Shown in pieces: positions 9,466 through 19,660 of a stretch of DNA of 64,000 nt. The first letter of the stretch is position 1; each line of letters begins with the position of its first letter. The notes under the pieces were generated by a model. It worked only from the letters and a program-made list of their open reading frames with translations, ran no database searches and was not told the origin of the DNA. Source of the stretch: an uncultured Nitrospiraceae bacterium (GTDB lineage: Bacteria; Nitrospirota; Thermodesulfovibrionia; Thermodesulfovibrionales; UBA6898); assembly GCA_963811165.1 (NCBI GenBank), contig CAWEQH010000004.1:704001-768000 (forward strand). The letters are read 5' to 3'. The position numbers and the translations under genes were made by a program.

Positions 9466-10041
9466 TTATATACAGGCGAGTGTCTTGCCTGCCTCGAAGG
9501 CGTCATGCAGGCCCGTCGGATGCTCACGGATCGCGCCTTTTGCGTCGACGCCCAGATAACTCAGCACCTTGTGGTCTGCGACGCTTATCGTCCTGAAGAA
9601 CGCCTTTGCGCACGCGTCTCCGCAGTCGACCCCCACGTCCTTTTTCATTCCCCCTACGAGGATCAAAAGTCCCTTGCGGCCGGATTCACCGGTTGGTATC
9701 GGTTTCTTCAATAAGTATTTTTCGCACCAGAAGCTCTGACAACGGTCGATCATAGTTTTTGATTGCGCGGAGAGGCCGAAGAAGAAGATCGGAGAGGCAA
9801 GGATGATCCTCTCGGCAGTCCTGATTTCGCGCGATATGTTTGACATGTCATCGTCGATGACGCATTCGCCCGTATTTTCGCAGCCGCCACAGTCCTGGCA
9901 GGGCCTGATATTCATCAGGTTGAGGTTGAAGACGGCCACGTCACTGCCGGAAGTCACCTTTACCCCCCTGATCGCTTCTTTAAGAAGCAGCTCCGTGTTT
10001 CCGTCCTTCCGGGGGCTACCCAGAAATGCAATCGTTTTCAT
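9466..10041 (-). CDS. iron-sulfur flavoprotein / flavodoxin-like (NADPH-dependent FMN reductase family)
   Basis: GSPRKDGNT, PCQDCGGCENTGECVIDDDM, ASPIFF, IDR. Confidence 0.9.
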   Translation of the reverse strand: MKTIAFLGSPRKDGNTELLLKEAIRGVKVTSGSDVAVFNLNLMNIRPCQDCGGCENTGECVIDDDMSNISREIRTAERIILASPIFFFGLSAQSKTMIDRCQSFWCEKYLLKKPIPTGESGRKGLLILVGGMKKDVGVDCGDACAKAFFRTISVADHKVLSYLGVDAKGAIREHPTGLHDAFEAGKTLACI

Positions 10042-10328
10042 ATAAGAATATTATAACAGTATGAAGGACTGCCGTCGATTTCTTGCAGGGAAATAGGACT
10101 GAAGATGGTCGGTGCATGCCTGGGATTGCATTAAGGGGTGGGGAACCGAAGTTCTCTATTGACTTGCTATATCTCATGCGGTTGATATACTTCTCTTAGA
10201 AGAAAGGGAGATTTTTTAAACCGGTAGACGGGGGGCAAAATGATGTCGACGGGAATCTTAAGGAGAAACAAAAAGAATACTGTTGCAGCAATTCTTATCA
10301 TGGCAGTGTTCTATAACAAGGGATAGGC

Positions 10329-12326
10329 ATGCCAAGGGATATACCGATAGGAAACGGCTCCCTGCTGATTCTGTACGATAAGAAAGGGCTTTTGCGGGAC
10401 CTCTATTTCCCGAGCGTGGGCAGCGAAAACCACGCCCAGGGTCACGTCTTCAGGGTCGGCGCATGGGTGAACGGGGTATTTGGCTGGATTGACGGTGACG
10501 GATGGGAGCGCTCACTCGACTATGAAGATGACACCCTCGTCGCAAGAATCGAACTTGTAAATAAAACCCTCGGGGTAGAAATTCTCATGCGGGATGTCGT
10601 CGACTTTCACGAAAACCTCTACGTCAGGGAAATCACGGCAAGGAATCTCACGACGGAGTTCGTAGAGTTCCGGCTCTTCTTCCACCATGATTTTCATATA
10701 TATGGGTCCGAGATCGGCGATACCGTGTGTTACAAGCCGGAGGAGAAGGCCCTCCTCCACTACAAGGGGCGGAGGTATTTTCTGGTAAACGCCTTGACTG
10801 AAGAGGGCATCGGCCTTGCTCAGTTCGCCACGGGAGTAAAGGAGACAAAAGGGCTGGAAGGTACCTGGGTCGACGCGGAAGACGGCGCCCTTTCAGGGAA
10901 TCCCGTTGCGCAGGGGTCCGTAGATTCGATCTGTGCTGTGCATGCATCGATCCCTCCCGGCAAGAAGGCGCACGCATATTACTGGATGGCTGCGTGCGTT
11001 GACTGGAAAGGCGTCAAAAGGCTGAACGATCTCGTCGTTAAGAGGACACCGGGGTACTTCATCAAGAGGACAGCTGATTATTGGAAGTTGTGGCTCGACA
11101 GGGAGAACATGAAATTCGGTGATCTCCCGGATGCCGTCGGAAGACTATATACGCGAAGCCTCCTCATCCTAAGGACCCACATAAACAACAATGGCTCGGT
11201 CATAGCCGCAAACGATTCGGACATCCTCCACTTTTCGAGAGACACCTATACGTATATGTGGCCAAGGGACGGCGCCCTCGTCGCGTATGCCCTCGACCTT
11301 GCCGGCTATCCGATCCCTGCGCGAAGGTTCTTCGAATTCTGCGGGGAGGTAATAGGGAGAAACGGGTTCTTCTTGCACAAATACAACGCGGATGGATCTC
11401 TCGCCAGTTCATGGCATCCCTGGGTCCTCGAGGGAAAACCCCATCTGCCGATCCAGGAGGATGAAACCGGGCTCGTCGTTTGGGCTCTCTGGGAGCATTA
11501 CAGTGTGTACCGGGATGTTGAGTTCATAAAGCCTCTGTACAGAAAGGTCATCAAGGCCGCAGCGGACTTCATGTGTGAGTTCGTAGACCAGAGGACCGGT
11601 CTCCCCCTTCCGTCATACGACCTATGGGAAGAGCAGTTGGGGATTCATTCCTTTACGGTCTCCGCCGTTATCGCGGGGCTGAGAGCCGCAAGCCATTTCA
11701 CTTCGGCCTTCGGCGAGACAGAACTGTCCCAGAAATACGAAAAAGCGGCCGGCGGGATGAGGGACGCGCTGAAAGAATATCTCTATAGCGATGAGGCTGG
11801 GCGATTTCTGGGCTCGGTTTCTGAACGTTTCGGGATACTCAAGAATGATTTCAGACTCGATGCAAGTCTCTCCGGCCTCTTCGCCTTCGGTGTCTTTCCC
11901 GCAGCTGATGACAAGATTCAGCGTACTATGGACGCCCTGAAAGATAAGCTATGGTGCAAGACCGCAATAGGCGGCATGGCAAGATACGAAAACGATCGCT
12001 ATCAAAGCGTAGTTGAACCGAACGAGGATATCCCTGGCAATCCCTGGGTCATTTGCACGCTCTGGCATGCCCAGTATCTGATAGAGAAGGCACAAAACAA
12101 GGAGGAGTTGAAGGAATGCCTTCCGATACTGAACTGGGTCGCGCAAATAGCTCTTCGGTCGGGGGTGCTTGCAGAACAGGTAAACCCCTTTACCGGTGAA
12201 CCCGTTTCGGTTTCTCCCCTCACCTGGAGCCACGCGACCTTTATTATTGCGGTGCAGCGATATCTGAGGAAGTTTCAGGAGATGGAGACATGCCCTTACT
12301 GCAAGCAGCCTGTTTTTAAGATGTAG
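10329..12326 (+). CDS. glycoside hydrolase family 15 (glucoamylase-like)
   Basis: YTYMWPRDG, QEDETG, YDLWEE, RYENDRY, LAEQVNP..SPLTWSHA. Confidence 0.93.
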   Translation: MPRDIPIGNGSLLILYDKKGLLRDLYFPSVGSENHAQGHVFRVGAWVNGVFGWIDGDGWERSLDYEDDTLVARIELVNKTLGVEILMRDVVDFHENLYVREITARNLTTEFVEFRLFFHHDFHIYGSEIGDTVCYKPEEKALLHYKGRRYFLVNALTEEGIGLAQFATGVKETKGLEGTWVDAEDGALSGNPVAQGSVDSICAVHASIPPGKKAHAYYWMAACVDWKGVKRLNDLVVKRTPGYFIKRTADYWKLWLDRENMKFGDLPDAVGRLYTRSLLILRTHINNNGSVIAANDSDILHFSRDTYTYMWPRDGALVAYALDLAGYPIPARRFFEFCGEVIGRNGFFLHKYNADGSLASSWHPWVLEGKPHLPIQEDETGLVVWALWEHYSVYRDVEFIKPLYRKVIKAAADFMCEFVDQRTGLPLPSYDLWEEQLGIHSFTVSAVIAGLRAASHFTSAFGETELSQKYEKAAGGMRDALKEYLYSDEAGRFLGSVSERFGILKNDFRLDASLSGLFAFGVFPAADDKIQRTMDALKDKLWCKTAIGGMARYENDRYQSVVEPNEDIPGNPWVICTLWHAQYLIEKAQNKEELKECLPILNWVAQIALRSGVLAEQVNPFTGEPVSVSPLTWSHATFIIAVQRYLRKFQEMETCPYCKQPVFKM

Positions 12327-12511
12327 CGGCTTCATAATCAAGAAAAAAGGAATTGAAAGTTACCGTTCCTGCCGCAAGGAACGAGATGCATAAAAAAATC
12401 GCTTCATTATGTGAGGTCCCCCTCTTTTCTGAAAAATCAGCAATGATTATCGCAGCATCAAGAAAAAAAAGTGAATCTGCGGGCATCGTTCATTCGAAGG
12501 CGCGTTTAAAA

Positions 12512-14053
12512 TTACTTCTGATTTTTATCGAGCGATTTAATCTCGTACTTCATATCTATCGCGTCTTTCATCTGTCTGAGGTTGTCCGAAAGCTCCCACC
12601 ACCCCAGCTTAAACGACGTGTAATCAGGCGCACCGGTCATCGCCGAGGAGTAGCGTATCGTATTGGCATAAAAGAGCCACTGTCTCACCCACATCTTCTC
12701 TATCGGTTCGTCAAAAGGATTTGTTTTGTCGGCGACCCCCTTGTCCCATGCCTCTGTCATCAATATCGTCGAGGTGCGGACCATCTCGTCCGTTTCCCTG
12801 ATGGTGGCGGCGAGCTTCCTGAAATGGCCGTTTGTCCAGTCGGTGGTATGGCAGGCGAAACATATGGATTTTATCCGGTCCAGCCTTTTCTCCTGCTCTG
12901 CCGTGTCTATGAGGTATCCCGAAGCAGGCTCGCCCGTAAACGTTGTCGGCAGCGGAAGCCCGTCTTTGTTTCTGATGATCGACGTATCTCCGGACTTAGG
13001 CTGGGCATGGCTGTAGATCAGACCGAAGAGTCGCACCCATAATCTCGATCCGAAATCGTGAGACCTTTCGGCGACCACCTCGCCGTCGGGTTTTGCTATC
13101 AGGCTGTTATGACAGACCGAGCAGGTCGGGGTCTTGAAATCTTTCCCGACTACCCAGGGTACCGGATCGAAGTCCCACTCGTGATTTTTCGAATGGAAGA
13201 TATTGCCGTGCTTGCTCTCTTCGTAGACGTTCCAGGCGGGGACATCCGGCTCGTGGTGGCACTGGCCGCATGTATAAGGTTTCCTAGCCACCTCTATCGA
13301 AAATGCGTGCCTCGGATGACACGCGGTGCATGCGCCCTGCGTACCGTCGGGGTTTTCCCTGCCCACGCCCTGGTTCGGCCAGTTCGTAAGGTCAGGCACC
13401 GAGATCTCTCCCATCTTTGTGAGCACCTTTTTCATGCCCTTAAATTCAACTGTTGTCCCGTGGCAGCCGAGACAGGTTTCATGAAGGGTACTTTCGGAAG
13501 GCTTCGCTGATATGAGTTTTCTGTTTTCGAGTTTCTGCACCCCGGTCGAGGCATCTACGAGAGTATGATAGACGGGGTTACTCAAGAGGTTTTTCACTGC
13601 GTTTGCCTTCTTGCTCGGGGCATACTGGCCGACCTCCAAAGGATGGCAGGTGTTGCAGTCGCCGGGCGAGACCACTACATTAATCCTAAATCCCATATGC
13701 TCGAAGTTGTCTTTATGGTTTTGGGGGTTTCTGCTATGGCACTCAAAACAGCCCACGACATACCCTGACACTTCGCCTGGCACGCTTTCCGCCGATATCC
13801 TTCTCTGAAGCAAGGGCTTTTTCATTGCTTCAGAAGGTACTGTCCTTGAATGCCTTGAAGAACGCCAGTCCTCGACTATCCCCGGGGTGAACATATTGTG
13901 GCAGCCGATGCATGCCTGTGTCTGAGGACTCAGTTTTAGCTCCGCAGTCTCTTTTTCCTTTTCGTGTTTTTTTTCATCGGCGAACAGGACAGGGGTGAAG
14001 GACAAAGAAAGGATTACGGTCAAACATACGGAGAATTTCAGGACAGGTTTCAT
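12512..14053 (-). CDS. octaheme hydroxylamine oxidoreductase-like (epsilon-Hao type) cytochrome c
   Basis: Signal peptide; 8 CxxCH motifs (CIGCH, CFECH, CNTCH, CLGCH, CTACH, CGQCH, CSVCH, CFACH); WPNQGVGRENPDG, RHAFS, ESKHG, APDY motifs. Confidence 0.88.
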   Translation of the reverse strand: MKPVLKFSVCLTVILSLSFTPVLFADEKKHEKEKETAELKLSPQTQACIGCHNMFTPGIVEDWRSSRHSRTVPSEAMKKPLLQRRISAESVPGEVSGYVVGCFECHSRNPQNHKDNFEHMGFRINVVVSPGDCNTCHPLEVGQYAPSKKANAVKNLLSNPVYHTLVDASTGVQKLENRKLISAKPSESTLHETCLGCHGTTVEFKGMKKVLTKMGEISVPDLTNWPNQGVGRENPDGTQGACTACHPRHAFSIEVARKPYTCGQCHHEPDVPAWNVYEESKHGNIFHSKNHEWDFDPVPWVVGKDFKTPTCSVCHNSLIAKPDGEVVAERSHDFGSRLWVRLFGLIYSHAQPKSGDTSIIRNKDGLPLPTTFTGEPASGYLIDTAEQEKRLDRIKSICFACHTTDWTNGHFRKLAATIRETDEMVRTSTILMTEAWDKGVADKTNPFDEPIEKMWVRQWLFYANTIRYSSAMTGAPDYTSFKLGWWELSDNLRQMKDAIDMKYEIKSLDKNQK

Positions 14054-14080
14054 CGTTCCATCCTTAATAGGGTTTATACA

Positions 14081-15310
14081 TCAAACCCCTGCATTTGTAA
14101 ACTGCTCGTGGTACTCCCTCACCTTCCTGGCAAACTCCTTTCCAAATTCGTAGCACTTCCGATCGTCTTCCGGAGCTGGTCTGTAGAGCGCCTCGACCCC
14201 GGGCTCGACAGTCTTAAGCTTCATCGCCTTTAGCCATTCATAGGCCTCTTTCACCGCTCCCCCTGCCCATCCGTAGCTTCCGAAGGCGCCGGCGATCCTG
14301 TCTTTCGGCCTGAGGCCCGTAACGTGCTGGAGGAACTCGGCCACTGAAGGGAACATCTTATTGTTCAGCGTAGGAGTTCCTATCAATGTCCCCCTGGCCT
14401 TCCAGAACTCCTTGATCGCAATGGACATGGGCGTGGCCCTAAGCTTGATGACCTTGCAGTCCACCCCCTCTTCCTTTATGCCGCGCATGATGGGCAGCGT
14501 CATCATCTCTGTGCTGTGCCACATCGTATCGTAGATTATTGCCACGCTGAGGTTCGCCTTGCCCGTGGCCATGTCCATATACATCTTGAGGACCTTGCCC
14601 GGGTCTCCTCTCCAGATGATGCCGTGATCGGGCGCGATCATCTCTATTTCGAGCCCGAGTTTCTGTATCTCGGCGACCTTGTTTTTGATGATGGCGCCGA
14701 ACGGCATCAAAATATTTGCGTAATAGTCGATGACCGAGTCTTCGAGCTCAGAGACAGAGGCGCATTCGATGAACTCGTCGTCGAACCTGGCAGCGGTTGC
14801 AAGGTGCTGTCCGAAGCCGTCCTGGCTGATGAGGAGCCTGTCTTCCCTGACATAGGTCATCATCGAATCAGGCCAGTGGAGCATCGGCGTTTCGATGAAG
14901 AGCAGGTTTCGTCTGCCGATATTGAGCGTGTCGCCGGTCTTTACGGTCTTGATATTCCATGAAGAGATGTCGAAGAACCGCGCAAGCCCCTTCTTGCCCT
15001 TTTCCGTGATATAGATAGTTGCGTTTGGCGCAAAGGCCATGATCCTGTCCAGACTGGTCGCATGGTCGTTTTCGATGTGGTTGACGATCACGTATTCTAT
15101 CTTCGATGGGTGCACGATCTCGGTTACGTTGTCCAGCATGATCTCGCTGAAGTCGTGTTTTACCGTATCTAAGAGGGTAATCTTTTCGTCCATGATGAGG
15201 TAATTGTTGTAGGTCGTGCCGTTGGGGGTCATGTAGCCGTGAAAGTCTCTGACCGCCCAGTCTATAGCACCTACCCAGTAAATGTCCGGCTTTATAAGTG
15301 TTGCGTTCAT
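14081..15310 (-). CDS. fprA: flavodiiron protein (FprA/ROO-type NO/O2 reductase)
   Basis: WVGAIDW..RDFHGY..GTTYN, HIENDH, LHWPDS, DGFGQH, PDHG, flavodoxin domain FGSYGW. Confidence 0.93.
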   Translation of the reverse strand: MNATLIKPDIYWVGAIDWAVRDFHGYMTPNGTTYNNYLIMDEKITLLDTVKHDFSEIMLDNVTEIVHPSKIEYVIVNHIENDHATSLDRIMAFAPNATIYITEKGKKGLARFFDISSWNIKTVKTGDTLNIGRRNLLFIETPMLHWPDSMMTYVREDRLLISQDGFGQHLATAARFDDEFIECASVSELEDSVIDYYANILMPFGAIIKNKVAEIQKLGLEIEMIAPDHGIIWRGDPGKVLKMYMDMATGKANLSVAIIYDTMWHSTEMMTLPIMRGIKEEGVDCKVIKLRATPMSIAIKEFWKARGTLIGTPTLNNKMFPSVAEFLQHVTGLRPKDRIAGAFGSYGWAGGAVKEAYEWLKAMKLKTVEPGVEALYRPAPEDDRKCYEFGKEFARKVREYHEQFTNAGV

Positions 15311-15421
15311 TGCGCCTCCTAATTTCTGTAATGGTATATCGTGATGAACTCGGCTTTCATAAAAATTATAGCAAAAGAGAAAGAGCTAAGCTATTCAACG
15401 GAAATTTGATGACCTGGTCTT

Positions 15422-16099
15422 CTACCAAATGAATGGTATAAGGCGATGTCGGACCTTCTTCTGGTATTCCGTATATCCAGACAGATTGATTGCGAGTAAG
15501 CTCTCTTCGTCATAGAGCCGCCATATCAGAAATGGTATCATGGCCAGGAGAGGGAGGAGGCCCCAAAACGAGCCCAGGGCTAGGGGTGTGCCGACCAGGT
15601 ACAGTAATGCACTTGCATACATCGGGTGGCGCACAATGGCATACGGCCCGGTAGAAATGACCTTCTGATCCTCGGCGACTTCTATGGTCGCTGAAGTGAA
15701 GGGGTTCTCTTTGTAGACCAGGAAAATGAAATAGAACCCTATTACAACGAGAACGTCCCCGGCTGAAACATAGGAGAGCGGCATTGCAGACCACCGGAAG
15801 CGGTGGTCGAGCGCAGGGACGACGAGAAGCGCAATGAAGCCGATTGAGGTACAGAGCATAATGAGTTTCTGTTTCCTTCGCTTTTCAGCAGTTGGCCCGC
15901 CGCGCATGCGACGCTTGAGAAGCGCCGGATCATTTTTCATAAGATAGAGCGTGGTAAGGAGTGATGCCCCCATAAAGATCGATAGGTACACCCATGCCTG
16001 CCAGTAGCGGATGGTCCCGGCTGGAATGAACAGCAGAAGGCCCATTACGACTGCGAGGAAGACGAGGCTGAGCCACGCCTGTGCATTGAGGTTGAGCAT
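15422..16099 (-). CDS. isoprenylcysteine carboxyl methyltransferase (ICMT/PEMT) family membrane protein
   Basis: QKVISTGPYAIVRHPMY, EE..L..GYTEY..KVR.RLIPFIW. Confidence 0.9.
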   Translation of the reverse strand: MLNLNAQAWLSLVFLAVVMGLLLFIPAGTIRYWQAWVYLSIFMGASLLTTLYLMKNDPALLKRRMRGGPTAEKRRKQKLIMLCTSIGFIALLVVPALDHRFRWSAMPLSYVSAGDVLVVIGFYFIFLVYKENPFTSATIEVAEDQKVISTGPYAIVRHPMYASALLYLVGTPLALGSFWGLLPLLAMIPFLIWRLYDEESLLAINLSGYTEYQKKVRHRLIPFIW

Positions 16100-16347
16100 A
16101 GTCCTATCTTACCACGGGCAGGATCATCGCACTGAAGAAGCAGCCACGGTCAAAGAGATGAGCGAAAAAGGCCGCACTGGGTAGCCCGGCATGTTCCCCT
16201 CAACTCAGCGGAAGATATTGACGGTTGCACCGACTAAGCCGCAAAATCAATCAAGGATCGAGACTGAAGATTATCGGAAGTAATAAGCGCATAATGACCA
16301 GCATGAGGGGCGCGGTGTAAGGCAAAAGTCAAAACGAAAAGCGGCTA

Positions 16348-16846
<499 letters not shown>

Positions 16847-16879
16847 TTATTTTATCATTATTTGTAATATTATTTTGTG

Positions 16880-16972
16880 GTTTAACGCCGACATAACCCG
16901 CGCGGGCCGTAAGGACAAAACTGAAAACCAATCGGCGCTAATCCCGCGTCGGTGTTGATGTTCTTGTTGTGC
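16880..16972 (-). repeat. attC site
   Basis: Inverse core TGCACAAC is perfectly complementary to GTTGTGCA at the array head (17615); stem ACATAAC.CGCGCGGG / CCCGCGTCGGTGTTGATGT; distal core GTTAAAC. Confidence 0.88.
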
Positions 16973-16985
16973 ATTTTTATTTGCT

Positions 16986-17579
16986 TTAAAATGGCTTCTT
17001 TGCGCCGGGCATGTCGCTGGCAAGATGAAAGCTTGATACAAAGCCTCGGCTAATCGTGAAGTAGAGTACTAGATTCTTTACTTTTACCTCTTTTCTCTCC
17101 GATTTTGCCCTGTAAGTTAAAATCTTATCTCCGCCTTTAATTATCTTTGAACTGTCCGGCTGACCATATAAACGAATAACGTTTTCTTCCTTGTCTCCCA
17201 ATTTCACTCCGCGTGGTGTTACTGCCGGAATAGAATAATCCGGCAAACTGCCAGTAGAATCACGACACACTGATTCTTGCCCTTTCCGCACCCAAATATT
17301 TGTAATGTAGCCTTTAGACCATGGCTCCTCTGTAAATGAAAAAACCTCCAATTGTTTTTGATTGCATGCCTCATAAAGAACTTCACCTGCGAAAAGCTGA
17401 TTCCTATAAATTTTAGGATATTTATTTTTTAGCTCATCAACTTTACTTCCGAGTTTCACTCCCGCCATGGTGTCTTCAATGTCACCATTTTTTATATCAG
17501 TTGCACAGATTTGAGAGGGAATTATAAGGAGGGCGGCGCAAAAAATAATGATAATGGTGCGCGAAAATAGTTTGTTCAT
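16986..17579 (-). CDS. exported hypothetical protein (first cassette of array 2)
   Basis: Signal-peptide-like N-terminus, two GVKLG repeats, low GC, bounded by core/inverse-core sites. Confidence 0.8.
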   Translation of the reverse strand: MNKLFSRTIIIIFCAALLIIPSQICATDIKNGDIEDTMAGVKLGSKVDELKNKYPKIYRNQLFAGEVLYEACNQKQLEVFSFTEEPWSKGYITNIWVRKGQESVCRDSTGSLPDYSIPAVTPRGVKLGDKEENVIRLYGQPDSSKIIKGGDKILTYRAKSERKEVKVKNLVLYFTISRGFVSSFHLASDMPGAKKPF

Positions 17580-17608
17580 TTTATGTCCTTTATTAGTTTA
17601 ATTTGCCT

Positions 17609-17655
17609 GCACAACAATTAATATACGACCTTCCGGTTTTGTGATCCCACGGCCT
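17609..17655 (-). other. attI-like recombination site heading cassette array 2
   Basis: GTTGTGC core; flank homologous to the site at 7946; no attC hairpin upstream. Confidence 0.6.
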
Positions 17656-17891
17656 AAATATACCATACCGCCAAAAAGGATGGAAGAGGAAAATGTCGAA
17701 TTATCGATAGGAACGATCGTTTGCAAGGTCGTATTTGTCGGTAATAAGGACTTATTACGAATAGGCGTAATATGTCGGACTATATTATCAATTGATTTCC
17801 GGGAATAACAAACAGCATCTGCGCAAGGCGGTCGAGTGCGGAATCCAAGGAAGGATTTCTTCGTGAATGTTTCGGGTCAAACCAGGAGGGG

Positions 17892-18899
17892 TTAGTATCC
17901 TTCGAGTGTAAAAGACGTAAAGACCATCGGTACCAATGTGATCAAAACAAAGACCGTGAGGCAGACTATTGAGACGAGCGCCCATCTCCGCTGTACCCCC
18001 GGGACCAGGCCCGAAAGGGTCCCTATCTTCCTGAACGGCTCGATGACCCCTGTCATCGCCCCGAAGAAGCTTCCGGCAAAAAGGGAGAAGTAGAGCGGAT
18101 ATCCTGAGTAATAATATTCCGATTGAAGCATATCAAAAGGGCAGTGGTGAGTAGGGACCTGGTAGAAATAGAGCGAGATGAAAGAGATTATCGAGGCGAT
18201 CGATATGACGAAGAAGGCCGAAGACAAAATCGAAAAAGGGATAACGAACAGTTTGCGCGCCGATTTCATCACCGCCAGGCCAAAAGCGACCACCAAGACA
18301 AAAGAACCGAAGAAGAGGGCCTCTGTCTGCCTGACGGGCAGCGAGGCCAGGGAACTGCCGATACTCGTTCCGCCTTCGCTGAAGAGTACGCCGCAACAGG
18401 AAGTGATGACGTCAGGGTTTAAACTGCCGAAATAAAGTATCTGAAGGACGTAGCCGGCAAGGGCGAACGGGATGATGAAGAGCAAAAGCCTGTATTTTTT
18501 TTTTGTAAGGGGATAATCTTCGGCCCGGTTGTCGAGACTGTCCATGGCTATCCACGCGGATGCGAGAAAGAAGATTGCGATCTTTACGTAAAGCGCCGGG
18601 AATCCGAAGGAGTTCGCGTTTAAAGAACCGGTGGCGCACATCGCGCCGACCAGCAGGTTATGCAGGTCGTCTGCGGTATAGACGAAGAGGAAGGTCGAGA
18701 CTATCTCAAAGGCCAGTCCGTATCTGAGGAGGGTCGAGACAAGGTAGGTCTTTCTTTCGAGCGCCAGTTGCTTCTCGGAACTGCTTCCAATGTCCCACCT
18801 CCTTAGGATTGTTACTCCGAGACCGGCCGCGTAAGTAAGAAGCAGGAGCGTAATTCCCGAACCCAGGAGCAGGGCGATAATGCCGGGATGGAGTATCAT
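17892..18899 (-). CDS. polytopic membrane protein with Cys/His motifs, part of the NosL-ABC cluster
   Basis: ATG 18899 follows the ABC ATPase stop; motifs GAMCATG, ITSCCG, PTHHCPF. Confidence 0.8.
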   Translation of the reverse strand: MILHPGIIALLLGSGITLLLLTYAAGLGVTILRRWDIGSSSEKQLALERKTYLVSTLLRYGLAFEIVSTFLFVYTADDLHNLLVGAMCATGSLNANSFGFPALYVKIAIFFLASAWIAMDSLDNRAEDYPLTKKKYRLLLFIIPFALAGYVLQILYFGSLNPDVITSCCGVLFSEGGTSIGSSLASLPVRQTEALFFGSFVLVVAFGLAVMKSARKLFVIPFSILSSAFFVISIASIISFISLYFYQVPTHHCPFDMLQSEYYYSGYPLYFSLFAGSFFGAMTGVIEPFRKIGTLSGLVPGVQRRWALVSIVCLTVFVLITLVPMVFTSFTLEGY

Positions 18900-18901
18900 C
18901 C

Positions 18902-19597
18902 CTATCTCCTTAAGACGCTCTTGACCATCCCGTCGCGCATCTCGACGGTGAGGGTGACGTATTCGTGTTCGAACACGAGCGGGTCGTGCGAGGCGATTAC
19001 GACCGTCTTCCCTCTGTCCCATAATTCTTTCATAATACCCATATAATCCCGTGAGAGCGCAGTATCGAGATGGGCGGTCGGCTCATCGGCAAGCACCACT
19101 TCCGGATCATTTATCAGCGCCCTGGCGATCGCGGTCCTCTGCTGTTCGCCGCCTGAAAGGCCCTGCACCGGGAAGTCTTTCCGTTTGGACATTCCGAGTC
19201 CCTCAAGTATGCCTTCGGCCTTTTTCCGGAGCACGGAAACGTTTGTGTCCGTAGGATAAAGGGGCACCATGACGTTTTGAAGTACGGACAGCCCCTGTAT
19301 AAGATGAAACTGCTGGAAGATAAAACCGAAGGTCTTTCGCCTGATGTCGGTAAGGAACCTTTCAGGCAGGTGAGAGATGTCTCTTTCTTTGAGTGTGATC
19401 GAGCCGGAAGTCGGGCGGGTCATGCAGCCGATGAGGGAAAGGAGGGTCGTCTTGCCCGATCCGCTCGGACCCTTGATGACCGCAAAGTCTCCCCGGTCGA
19501 TGTCGATAGTGACGCTGTTTACCGCAAGCGCCTCATTGGCTTTGCCCTTGTTGTAGTATTTCGTGAGGCTTTCCGTTTTTATTATGGTTTTGTTCAT
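18902..19597 (-). CDS. ABC transporter ATP-binding protein (LolD/MacB-like)
   Basis: GPSGSGKT, LSGGEQQR, LADEPT. Confidence 0.95.
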   Translation of the reverse strand: MNKTIIKTESLTKYYNKGKANEALAVNSVTIDIDRGDFAVIKGPSGSGKTTLLSLIGCMTRPTSGSITLKERDISHLPERFLTDIRRKTFGFIFQQFHLIQGLSVLQNVMVPLYPTDTNVSVLRKKAEGILEGLGMSKRKDFPVQGLSGGEQQRTAIARALINDPEVVLADEPTAHLDTALSRDYMGIMKELWDRGKTVVIASHDPLVFEHEYVTLTVEMRDGMVKSVLRR

Positions 19598-19660
19598 GGA
19601 TTTGGTTCTTTGCCTTATTTCTTTTTATCTTTTCGATTCACTTTTCACGACTCACGTTTT

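Noticed and set aside
15422..16288. ICMT gene as a further cassette of array 2
   Set aside because: Same strand and adjacent, but I found no attC hairpin or matching inverse core after its stop
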